Source of the DNA: Bdellovibrionota bacterium
Lineage (GTDB): Bacteria > Bdellovibrionota_C > UBA2361 > JBIKWN01
Assembly: GCA_044356295.1 (NCBI GenBank)
Contig: JBIKWN010000036.1
Span: forward strand, 1 to 23,333
Direction: 5' to 3'
DNA: 23,333 bases
The position numbers and the translations under genes were made by a program. The notes under the pieces were generated by a model that had not been told where the DNA came from, searched no databases, and worked only from the letters and a program-made list of their open reading frames with translations. Positions 1-7,836 of the stretch are shown here, one piece after another; the first letter of the stretch is position 1, and every line of letters starts with the position of its first letter.

Positions 1-233
1 CACTCTGTTGTGAAGCTGAAGCAAATTTTGTTTGTGAACCTAACAAAGCCATTGTAAATACTGCTTACCCTAAGGACTTTAATAATTTTGAGATTATCCC
101 TTCTAAGTCTTTGTTATTCAAGCCCTTTCGTACTGTCTTTTCATTTTTTTTTGAACAATCCTGTTTCATCTTGCGTCTGAAGAGTGTTCGGCGTAAAAGC
201 TAACTTGTTAATTTTGTTAATTATTCATTTTCT

Positions 234-1754
234 ATGACTCAAAAATCCTCATTTTTCCTTAGTTCTAAAGTAAAAACTTCTGCCCTTCTTTTCTCAGCAT
301 TACTGCTTTTAGGTTCCCCTTTTACTTCTGCTTTCAGTGAACCAACAAGTCCAGTTGTTAATGATCAAGCTCATGCATCATCAGTAGCAACTGCACAAAA
401 CCTCTCTAGTGCATTTGAAAAAGTAGCTGATGCAATTACTCCATCGGTTGTCAGTATTAGTACTGCAAAAAAACCGAAAAAAAATAACCGTGAAGCACTT
501 CGAAAAAAATTAAATGATCCTGCCCTCGAACAATTCAAAGAATTTTTTGGCCCGGACTTTTTTGATCGTTTCCAACAACAAAATCCTGATAATAGCCAGG
601 GAGGTCCAGTTGGTTTAGGCACTGGTGTTATTATCGACGCATCAGGATTAATTCTTACAAATAATCATGTATTGGGCGATGCTGATGATGTCACTGTTAC
701 TCTTTCAGACAAACGAAAATTTAAAGCTGAAGTAAAAGGGGTTGACCCAAAAAGTGATATCGCAGTAATTAAAATTAAAGCTGATAAACTTACTGCAGCA
801 ACTCTTGGAAGCTCTGATAGTTTAAAAATCGGAGAGTGGGTAATCGCTTGTGGTAACCCTTTTGGTTTAAGCAACTCTATTACTGCAGGCATTGTAAGTG
901 CTAAGGGACGTGCGATTTCAAACGGAGGACAGTTCGAAGATTTCATCCAAACAGATGCTGCAATTAATCCAGGAAATAGCGGAGGCCCACTCTTGAACCT
1001 CAATGGTGAAGTTGTTGGTATTAATACTGCAATTTTTTCACGAAGTGGCGGTTATATGGGAATCGGTTTTGCAATTCCAATCACTATGGCTAAATCAGTG
1101 ATGGAAAGCCTTATTTCCAAGGGCAAAGTCATACGCGGCTGGCTTGGTGTTGGAATTCAAAATCTTACTGATGAGCTTTCTGGAAGTTTTCAGTTCTCTG
1201 GTACTGAGGGTGCATTAGTAGGCACTGTTTCTGAAGGAAGCCCTGCTTATAAAGCTGGGTTTGAACAAGGAGATATCATTACTAAATTTGGTGATGTAAA
1301 AATTACCGATGTAAATCAGTTGCGAAATCTTGTTGCAGCTACTACGCCTGGTCAAAAAATTGATCTTGAAGTTCACCGAGCAGGAAAAATCAAAGTACTT
1401 TCCGTAAAAATCGAAGAGCTCAGCAATCAAGATCCTCAGTCAGCAGAAGTTGATAAAACGGATAGCTCAGTTGATTTAGGAATTGAGATGCAAACGTTAA
1501 CTCAAGAACTTGCAACACAACTTCGATCTAAGAAATCGCATGGTGTTGTGGTTACTGGTGTTAGTCCTGGTGGTCTTGCTGAATCAGCAGGGTTAGTTCC
1601 AAGAGATATAATTGTTAGCGTGAATGGTAAACCTATAAAAACTGTGAAAGAACTTCTTGGTGAAATTACTGAAGCTGCTCTTGCTAAAGGAGTACGGCTT
1701 GTTGTGGATTCACAGGGGATGGAGCGGTTTGTTTTCCTTCGGTCTGCTGAGTAG
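234..1754 (+). CDS. degP: Do/DegP/HtrA-family periplasmic serine endoprotease with two PDZ domains
   Basis: N-terminal signal peptide; trypsin-like triad motifs TNNHV (His), SDIAV (Asp) and QTDAAINPGNSGGPL (Ser); RGWLGV starts PDZ1; a second PDZ lies at the C-terminus. DegP versus DegQ cannot be resolved by eye. Confidence 0.93.
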   Translation: MTQKSSFFLSSKVKTSALLFSALLLLGSPFTSAFSEPTSPVVNDQAHASSVATAQNLSSAFEKVADAITPSVVSISTAKKPKKNNREALRKKLNDPALEQFKEFFGPDFFDRFQQQNPDNSQGGPVGLGTGVIIDASGLILTNNHVLGDADDVTVTLSDKRKFKAEVKGVDPKSDIAVIKIKADKLTAATLGSSDSLKIGEWVIACGNPFGLSNSITAGIVSAKGRAISNGGQFEDFIQTDAAINPGNSGGPLLNLNGEVVGINTAIFSRSGGYMGIGFAIPITMAKSVMESLISKGKVIRGWLGVGIQNLTDELSGSFQFSGTEGALVGTVSEGSPAYKAGFEQGDIITKFGDVKITDVNQLRNLVAATTPGQKIDLEVHRAGKIKVLSVKIEELSNQDPQSAEVDKTDSSVDLGIEMQTLTQELATQLRSKKSHGVVVTGVSPGGLAESAGLVPRDIIVSVNGKPIKTVKELLGEITEAALAKGVRLVVDSQGMERFVFLRSAE

Positions 1755-1780
1755 GGCTTGGTACGCTTCATCAAGTTACC

Positions 1781-1868
1781 TTCCCCCCGTGAACGTGACC
1801 TTGAGCGTGAGCGTGAGCGAAATTTACTCCGCTCACGCTCACGCCTACGGTCAGGGTCACGGGAGGAA
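1781..1868. repeat. Imperfect inverted repeat whose arms are tandem GTGAGC/GCTCAC hexamers
   Basis: Left arm ttcccccc-gtgaac-gtgacc-ttgagc-gtgagc-gtgagc (1781-1818), 12-nt spacer (1819-1830), right arm gctcac-gctcac-gcctac-ggtcag-ggtcac-gggaggaa (1831-1868). GC-rich compared with its flanks. Confidence 0.85.
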
Positions 1869-2105
1869 ATTCAGTTCATCTAGGGTGTTAAAAGCAATGA
1901 TCGTCCTTTTTTTTAAAGAATAAATACCAATAAAAGCTAACTACCCGAAATAATTCAGTTCTTTTTTACACCAAAACCTGAACCAATAGGTTGCCTCAAT
2001 CCGATATAACTTATAACACTTATGTGTAAACTGGGATGAGGAGGTTAATAGCTTCTTTCATCGATGAACTAAAAAAATTATTTGTTGTATTTGGAGCTTT
2101 TAAAA

Positions 2106-2537
2106 ATGAAATCATTATTTACTCACATTTGTCAGACAGTTCATTCGAACTTTTTGGCACCACGACGTGAAGTAGTTCAATTCCTTCTTTTTGGATTTGG
2201 AATCTCTGTTATGTCGATTGCACTTTCCGCTGGTACGGTAACTGCTCAGACAGGTCAAGGTCTTGATGTTACTCAATTTGCACCAGATGCTAACTTCGGT
2301 CGTATGGATAACATGATTGGAATTATCATGGCGTTAATCGAAGGACGATTCGGAGTATTAATCATGCTCTGCGCTGGAATCGCTGCGATTATCAGCTCAG
2401 CATTTGGTCAGTACCGTGCAGCTCTATCACTTCTCGTGGTAGCGCTTGGTGCGTTCATCTTAAGAACTCTTGTAACTGTTTTCTTCAACACACAAGGGAT
2501 CGGACAAGATGGTGGTGGAGACGTATTCGGACAATAA
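2106..2537 (+). CDS. Small membrane protein, probable TrbC/VirB2-family pilin-like protein
   Basis: GGAG Shine-Dalgarno shortly before ATG 2106 (the ORF track starts at TTG 2082). Long signal-peptide-like region ending GTVTA|Q, then two Gly/Ala-rich hydrophobic helices (EGRFGVLIMLCAGIAAIISSAFG and AALSLLVVALGAFIL) separated by a short basic loop (QYR). Confidence 0.6.
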   Translation: MKSLFTHICQTVHSNFLAPRREVVQFLLFGFGISVMSIALSAGTVTAQTGQGLDVTQFAPDANFGRMDNMIGIIMALIEGRFGVLIMLCAGIAAIISSAFGQYRAALSLLVVALGAFILRTLVTVFFNTQGIGQDGGGDVFGQ

Positions 2538-2559
2538 TTGTTTGAGTACTGACATTCAC

Positions 2560-2624
2560 AAAAAGAAGCCTGGGGTAACCTGGGCTTTTTTATTGGGGCT
2601 TTTTTATTGGGGCTTTTTTTTTAT
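2560..2624. terminator. Probable bidirectional intrinsic terminator with a triplicated 3' arm
   Basis: A-tract, stem aagcctggg / gtaa loop / cctgggctt, then a T-tract. The unit tg(g)ggcttttttat occurs three times (2581-2624). Lies between convergent genes. Confidence 0.7.
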
Positions 2625-4925
2625 TTATTGCGATTCTAACCGCTCCATCTGTCGCTTCTTTAAACTCTCATTACGTTCATTAGCAACAAATTTCTCAAGC
2701 AAGATACGTTCTTCCTTTTTATCGACAGCAAGCTGACTGTATGCAAATGCACGGACTAATGATTCTGCGTTACTTAACAGCCCAACGATCTCTTCAGGTG
2801 TTGGTTTATATCCCTGATTTAATAAATATTTTGCGCCGGCAATGGTAAACGGTTCATCAGGAGTCGGTTGTGGTTTACGCAGTAATATAGCAACGACAGC
2901 TCGAGGTGCAGGATGTGTATCAAACCATTGTAAAGAAAAAAGCCTCGCTCTATCTCCAGTAACTTGAACTGTAGAAAACAGTGATATTGATTGTGTTCGA
3001 GTCAACTCGCATTCATCACTTGATAAATATTCAAAAAACTTTCGATACGAGACACCAACAAGAGAAAGAATTTTTTCAAGTGCTTGTTCACGAATACGAA
3101 CGAGTGGAAACCTCAGCAGATCAACGTACTGTTCAGTAGCAAGTTTTGACGGCAGGATCCCAGTAAAAAGGCCTAACTTATCGGAAGAAGTTACGTGTAT
3201 CCAATTGGCTACAACATCTTTTCCAAACCAAGCAAGTGGATGATCTGAATCAATAGAGATCGCTTGCATGATTGCATCCCCTAACCCAGGAATATTTTCC
3301 AAAAGCGGCATCAGTAGTTCAAGCCGAGCGAAACTGATTTTTGGCTCACGGGTAATATCTATGAAACCAGATAATACAGAAGCTGAAGTATCCATCGAAA
3401 GAATATGAGCCAGATATTGTGAAGCAGAGCTACTCATGTCTTTAACGCCGAGGCGCTCTAAAGCAAGGAAAGCACTACCGTACATTCCAGAAAGTTCGCC
3501 AAGTCGTTTCGTTGAAACTTCTTTCAGTGGATGAAAATTATCGCTTGGTGATAACGTTGCAGCGATTGCAAATGCTACGGCAGGATGAAGTTTTGATAGA
3601 TCCGGAGCTTGTCGCATTGATGGGGGCACGAGTGACGGAGCTCCAAAAATGATTAATGCTTTAAAATCGTTCTCTGATATTTCATCAGTCCACAGTGGGT
3701 GAAATGCTATGAGGAAAAATTTCTTTTGAATACTTTGATGAGCATCACCACCATCTTCAAGCCGCTTCCTTAAAAACTGCGTAGCAGTAACGTTTCCTTG
3801 CAACGCCATCTGAACAACTTGTTGCATCAGTGGTAACTGATTACTCTCCCATAATCTTGAAAATTTATCCTCTGACACTGAAACATCAACAATATTTTTT
3901 GCTTGGTCAGCTCTAAAATTATAAACAAGACCTGAAATCAAAAGTAACCCAACTAAAATCAACCATTTATATTTGGCAAGTTCAGTAGGCGTTGGGAATG
4001 CAGAGATCAATGATGAAATCTTATGAAAAATTGGATGAAGTGAGCCATCTTCTTCAGTAGCTGATTCTTTCTGTATGGGCGTAGTTTTCGATTCTGGTTT
4101 ATTAGATTCATGAACTACAGGTTCTTTTTGAGCAGGTAAAAAGTGTTTAGCAACTTGACTCAGTGTTGGTCGAAGCTTTGGATCATTTAATAAAAGCACC
4201 TCTATTAGATTTCCATACTCAACAGCTAACTCACCTCCAAAGAGGCGTTTTGCAACAAGTCCTAATCCATATACATCAGCTGCAATATCTGCTGAAAGAA
4301 CCGAAGTTTGTGTCACTCGAAGCTCTGGTGCTAACGATAATGGATGACTACTGCCTGGATCGTAAATTTGAAAACCATGATCTATTAAAATGAGTTTACT
4401 TTTTTCAAGAGCTACGTTTTGCGGTTGAATATGTCCATGTATCAATCCTTCTGCATGTAATTTTTCAACATACTGCAGTAATGCAGACATTAATTGAGGA
4501 CGCTCAGTCATTGGAATCTCAACTGCATTATCACTCAGCAAATGGGTAAAGTATTTTCGAGTCACCCAAGCTATCCCTTCATTTGATCCACACACGATAC
4601 CCTGAAGCCCTGGGGTTAACTGTTCAATATGAAATACGTAACGTTTGAAGGAATCTGTTAAACTTATAGAACCCAATAATTGAGGAGAAAAAACTCGACT
4701 CACTGTCATCTGTCCACGTTGCAAAATCACAGGTCGTACATCTTCTGTTGGACCAGATTGCGTCACTGCTCCAACAAGAACACTGCCTGGAGCAATAATT
4801 TTTTGATATTTCTGAACGAGATCCTTCTTCTCTTGAGGAAGAGCTTCGAGGCTTATAAATTTAGAAGCTGTTGGGTTATCCTTCACGAGAGACAGAACAA
4901 CTGTTGGTTTTCGAGTTGAGGTCAT
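2625..4925 (-). CDS. Membrane-anchored Ser/Thr kinase-fold protein (probable pseudokinase) with a large helical C-terminal domain
   Basis: Kinase subdomain remnants LHAEGLIHGHIQPQNV (VIb), LIDHG (VII), LAPEL (VIII), ADVYGLG (IX) and DPKLRPT (XI); low-complexity linker; TM helix WLILVGLLLISGLVY; C-terminal region with HEAT-like segments (VRIREQALEKI, LVRAFAYSQL). Confidence 0.75.
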   Translation of the reverse strand: MTSTRKPTVVLSLVKDNPTASKFISLEALPQEKKDLVQKYQKIIAPGSVLVGAVTQSGPTEDVRPVILQRGQMTVSRVFSPQLLGSISLTDSFKRYVFHIEQLTPGLQGIVCGSNEGIAWVTRKYFTHLLSDNAVEIPMTERPQLMSALLQYVEKLHAEGLIHGHIQPQNVALEKSKLILIDHGFQIYDPGSSHPLSLAPELRVTQTSVLSADIAADVYGLGLVAKRLFGGELAVEYGNLIEVLLLNDPKLRPTLSQVAKHFLPAQKEPVVHESNKPESKTTPIQKESATEEDGSLHPIFHKISSLISAFPTPTELAKYKWLILVGLLLISGLVYNFRADQAKNIVDVSVSEDKFSRLWESNQLPLMQQVVQMALQGNVTATQFLRKRLEDGGDAHQSIQKKFFLIAFHPLWTDEISENDFKALIIFGAPSLVPPSMRQAPDLSKLHPAVAFAIAATLSPSDNFHPLKEVSTKRLGELSGMYGSAFLALERLGVKDMSSSASQYLAHILSMDTSASVLSGFIDITREPKISFARLELLMPLLENIPGLGDAIMQAISIDSDHPLAWFGKDVVANWIHVTSSDKLGLFTGILPSKLATEQYVDLLRFPLVRIREQALEKILSLVGVSYRKFFEYLSSDECELTRTQSISLFSTVQVTGDRARLFSLQWFDTHPAPRAVVAILLRKPQPTPDEPFTIAGAKYLLNQGYKPTPEEIVGLLSNAESLVRAFAYSQLAVDKKEERILLEKFVANERNESLKKRQMERLESQ

Positions 4926-4946
4926 TTTAGAACATGTAATAAAGCT

Positions 4947-6116
4947 CTATTTAGATGCAATTATTGCATTAAGCTCTTCCTTCACTTTACCCAGAATCTC
5001 ATCGTATCCGAAAGCACCAATAAGCTCACCTTTAAGCTTGAAATTCACATGTTTAGGTGCACACCAAAGCCCGATATCAGCATCGTCAGTCTCGCCTGGT
5101 CCATTTACTCTACAACCCATTACGGCGATGGTTACATTTTCTTTAGAAGCATACTGGGTTATCTCTTTCACTTTTTCTGCCAGCTCTACAAACCGTGAGT
5201 TTTCAACACGTGAACAACTTGGACAGGAAATAATATTTAAACCCTCCTGCTCAAATCGAGGGACTGACCTAAAACGCCCTGCATACACATCAGCAATGAT
5301 TCGCTTTCCGACTTCGATCTCTTGCCATTTTTTATCATTGGGAAGTGTTAGCGAAACACGCACGGTGTCCCCTATTCCTTTCACCAAAAGATTTTCAAAT
5401 GCAACACGACTTTTAATTTCACCCATCGGTAAAAGTCCTGCTTCAGTTACACCTAAATGCAGAGGGATATCATGAAATTTTTCTGCAAATCTAAAATTAA
5501 TATCCATCACATCATTTGGATCTGAACTTTTTAAACTGACAACAAAATTATGAAAATTCAGATCATGCATATAGCCGATGTGCTGCTCTGCTGAATTAAT
5601 AGCTGCTTCAAGACTATCTTCGTGCAACTCTTTAGCATTTGGATCAAGTGAGCCAAAATTAACCCCTATTCGCACAGCAAGGTTATGGTCTCTGGCAGCT
5701 TGCACAATAACTTTTACTTTTTCATGAACTGGGGTTTCTTTTTCATGATGATGAAGGTGCCCAGGGTTATATCTGATTTTTTCTACGAATGGGGCAACCA
5801 GTGTCGCCAATCGATAGCTCTCTTGTAGGTCAACAACGATACGAGCGTTTACTTTGTTTTCTTTTAACTTTTGTCGGATTTCACCAAGCGCTTCAACATC
5901 TTTCTTGCTATCAACTGCGACTCGGATGATATCAGCGCCATAATTGACTAGTTGGGTGATCTGACCGACCGTTTCAGCCACATCCTGCGTATGGGTTGCG
6001 CACATTGATTGGACAGAAATTGGGCCTTCACTGCCAATAATAAGGTCTCCTACCTGAACTGAGCGGGTTTTTCTTCTTTTAATCTTAGTGCCTATCTGGG
6101 TGACTGAATCTTCCAT
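4947..6116 (-). CDS. ispG: (E)-4-hydroxy-3-methylbut-2-enyl-diphosphate synthase (MEP pathway)
   Basis: Motifs PISVQSM, RYNPG, RIGVNFGSL, SLKSS, PLHLGVTEAG, GIGDTVRVSL; Fe-S ligand motifs SCPSCSR and AVMGCRVNGPGE. Confidence 0.97.
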   Translation of the reverse strand: MEDSVTQIGTKIKRRKTRSVQVGDLIIGSEGPISVQSMCATHTQDVAETVGQITQLVNYGADIIRVAVDSKKDVEALGEIRQKLKENKVNARIVVDLQESYRLATLVAPFVEKIRYNPGHLHHHEKETPVHEKVKVIVQAARDHNLAVRIGVNFGSLDPNAKELHEDSLEAAINSAEQHIGYMHDLNFHNFVVSLKSSDPNDVMDINFRFAEKFHDIPLHLGVTEAGLLPMGEIKSRVAFENLLVKGIGDTVRVSLTLPNDKKWQEIEVGKRIIADVYAGRFRSVPRFEQEGLNIISCPSCSRVENSRFVELAEKVKEITQYASKENVTIAVMGCRVNGPGETDDADIGLWCAPKHVNFKLKGELIGAFGYDEILGKVKEELNAIIASK

Positions 6117-6188
6117 AAGAGGGGAATAATAACAAAAACTCTTTTTTGCCGCTATAAATCCCTGAAAAGCTGTGATATTTTCTCCTCT

Positions 6189-6728
6189 ATGGTCGAATAC
6201 GAAGATATTAGTGAGATTTTTTCAAAAATTACCGAAACCTACCAAGATCCTGTTCCAATTGGGGGTCGGTGTGAAAGCAGCACCTACTACCGTGTTGAAG
6301 ATCTTACTGATGCAGATCTAAACCTGTGTGCAGAGTATGTTTCGCAACGAATCTACAATTTACTTTCCCCACATGGTCCTCAACTGTTTTTAAAACTTCC
6401 TGGTGGTTACACTTTTTTTGCTGAGCGACTTTGTGCAGTTTATTCTGAACTCTACGGCAAAAGTGAAGAGATACCTCTTGAACAGTACCTAGAAGCAAAA
6501 CTTTCCAATGGTCATGGAGAAAAATATAAAGGATGTAACGCTGTATTGATTACTGACGTTATCACTACTGCTCGTTCCTCCTTAGAAGCTCACACGAAAG
6601 CAACTCTTCGCGGAATTCCAGTTCTTACTTGGGCAACGCTCATCGATAGAACTTTTGGTCCTGGTCCTGTACCCGTTGTATCAGCTTTTACAGGAGCACC
6701 AGTAAGAGTTCTCACTCGAATTGGCTAA
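6189..6728 (+). CDS. Type I phosphoribosyltransferase-fold protein, PyrE-like but divergent
   Basis: PRPP-loop-like AVLITDVITTARS, N-terminal GGRCESSTYY (cf. PyrE SGxxSxYY) and LIDR near the C-terminus; 179 aa. Confidence 0.6.
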   Translation: MVEYEDISEIFSKITETYQDPVPIGGRCESSTYYRVEDLTDADLNLCAEYVSQRIYNLLSPHGPQLFLKLPGGYTFFAERLCAVYSELYGKSEEIPLEQYLEAKLSNGHGEKYKGCNAVLITDVITTARSSLEAHTKATLRGIPVLTWATLIDRTFGPGPVPVVSAFTGAPVRVLTRIG

Positions 6729-6752
6729 TTACATTTTCGCTGCCTTTAGCTT

Positions 6753-7802
6753 ATGAGCCCCCTTGTCTATACCATTGAAGAACTGTCGAAAAAGTTTGAT
6801 TTTACTTTTATTGGTGATAGTTCAAAAAAAATTACTGGGTTATCGCCACTTGATGAACCAGATAAAAACAATATTTCCTACAGCAAAAGTTCTTCTTTTG
6901 ATGTAGCAGACGCCGATCGATTTGGTGCAATCATTATCCCAATATCACTCAAGGAAAAAATACCAACGACAACTGCCGCTACTATTATTTTTTCTGAACA
7001 GCCATATGAACTTTTGGTTCGTATGATTCCACTGTTTTTCCCGATAAAAACTTCTATTATTGATTCCATCATTCACCCAACCGCAATTATTGATAAAAGT
7101 GCTGTAATCGGGAAAAGTGTTTCGATTGGAGCATATGTAATTATCGGTGAGAACTGTCGAATTGGTGACAACTCGATACTACATCCTCGAGTGACACTTT
7201 ATGAAAATGTATCAATCGGTACGAATACAATCCTTCACACGTCGGTAACGGTAAGAGAGTCTTGTAAAATTGGATCACACTGCACTATTCAACCCCATGC
7301 AGTCATTGGAGCAGATGGGTTTGGTTACGTACCTGATAAAACGCTTGGATTAAAAGCCATACCTCAAGTTGGAATTGTTGTTCTTGAGGATTTTGTTGAT
7401 GTCGGCGCATGCTCGACGATTGACCGTGCGACACTTGGCACTACTTTAATTTCACACGGAACAAAAGTGGATAACCAAGTACAAGTTGGTCACAATACAA
7501 AAATCGGGAAACATTCAATTCTTTGCGGGCAAGTTGGTATCGCAGGAAGCACTGTCATAGGTGACCAAGTTGTATTAGGTGGTGGTGTTGGAGTTGCAGA
7601 TCATTTAACAATTGTTAGTGGGACTAGAGTCGCTGCTGCTTCGCAAGTGATCTTCTCGCTAAAAGAGAAACAAGATTACATGGGGACGCCTGCTACAAAG
7701 GCATCTGTCTATCGCAGAAACACGGTCGAGCTAGCAAAGCTCCATGAGACCATTAAAGATCTCAAACAACAGCTGAAGGAACTTAGGGAAAAAAATTCCT
7801 AG
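6753..7802 (+). CDS. lpxD: UDP-3-O-(3-hydroxyacyl)glucosamine N-acyltransferase
   Basis: Hexapeptide left-handed beta-helix repeats; motifs IGADGFGY, IPQVGIV, TIDRATLGTT, KVDNQVQVGHN, GQVGIAGST; C-terminal coiled coil. Confidence 0.96.
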   Translation: MSPLVYTIEELSKKFDFTFIGDSSKKITGLSPLDEPDKNNISYSKSSSFDVADADRFGAIIIPISLKEKIPTTTAATIIFSEQPYELLVRMIPLFFPIKTSIIDSIIHPTAIIDKSAVIGKSVSIGAYVIIGENCRIGDNSILHPRVTLYENVSIGTNTILHTSVTVRESCKIGSHCTIQPHAVIGADGFGYVPDKTLGLKAIPQVGIVVLEDFVDVGACSTIDRATLGTTLISHGTKVDNQVQVGHNTKIGKHSILCGQVGIAGSTVIGDQVVLGGGVGVADHLTIVSGTRVAAASQVIFSLKEKQDYMGTPATKASVYRRNTVELAKLHETIKDLKQQLKELREKNS

Positions 7803-7806
7803 TTGT

Positions 7807-7823
7807 TCGGCACAAGGGTTGCT
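7807..7823 (+). promoter_or_regulatory. Sigma54 (RpoN) -24/-12 promoter of fliD
   Basis: tcGGCACaagggTTGCt: GG at 7809-7810 and GC at 7821-7822 with exact 10-nt spacing, matching TGGCAC-N5-TTGC. It sits in the 34-bp lpxD-fliD gap. Confidence 0.75.
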
Positions 7824-7836
7824 CTCTTGAACCTTT

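Noticed and set aside
1..203. Partial gene at the left edge (plus frame open to 203, or minus-strand MALLGSQTKF... starting at 52)
   Set aside because: Too little sequence to choose between the two readings or to assign a function.
371..1774. Antisense ORFs within degP, and similar short shadow ORFs inside ispG, lpxD, fliD, the bio genes, fliC, comEC and acs
   Set aside because: They overlap well-supported genes on the opposite strand or in another frame and show no recognisable motifs.
1781..1868. Possible CRISPR array or intrinsic terminator
   Set aside because: No repeat-spacer structure, no cas genes, and no U-tract after the stem.
1657..1923. 88-aa ORF containing VNVTLSVSVSE...AHAHAYGQGHG
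   Set aside because: The dipeptide repeats are simply the translation of the hexamer palindrome, and the ORF overlaps degP.
1981..2010. TCCGATAT as a sigma28 -10 for the pilin-like gene
   Set aside because: No TAAA-like -35 at 15-nt spacing.
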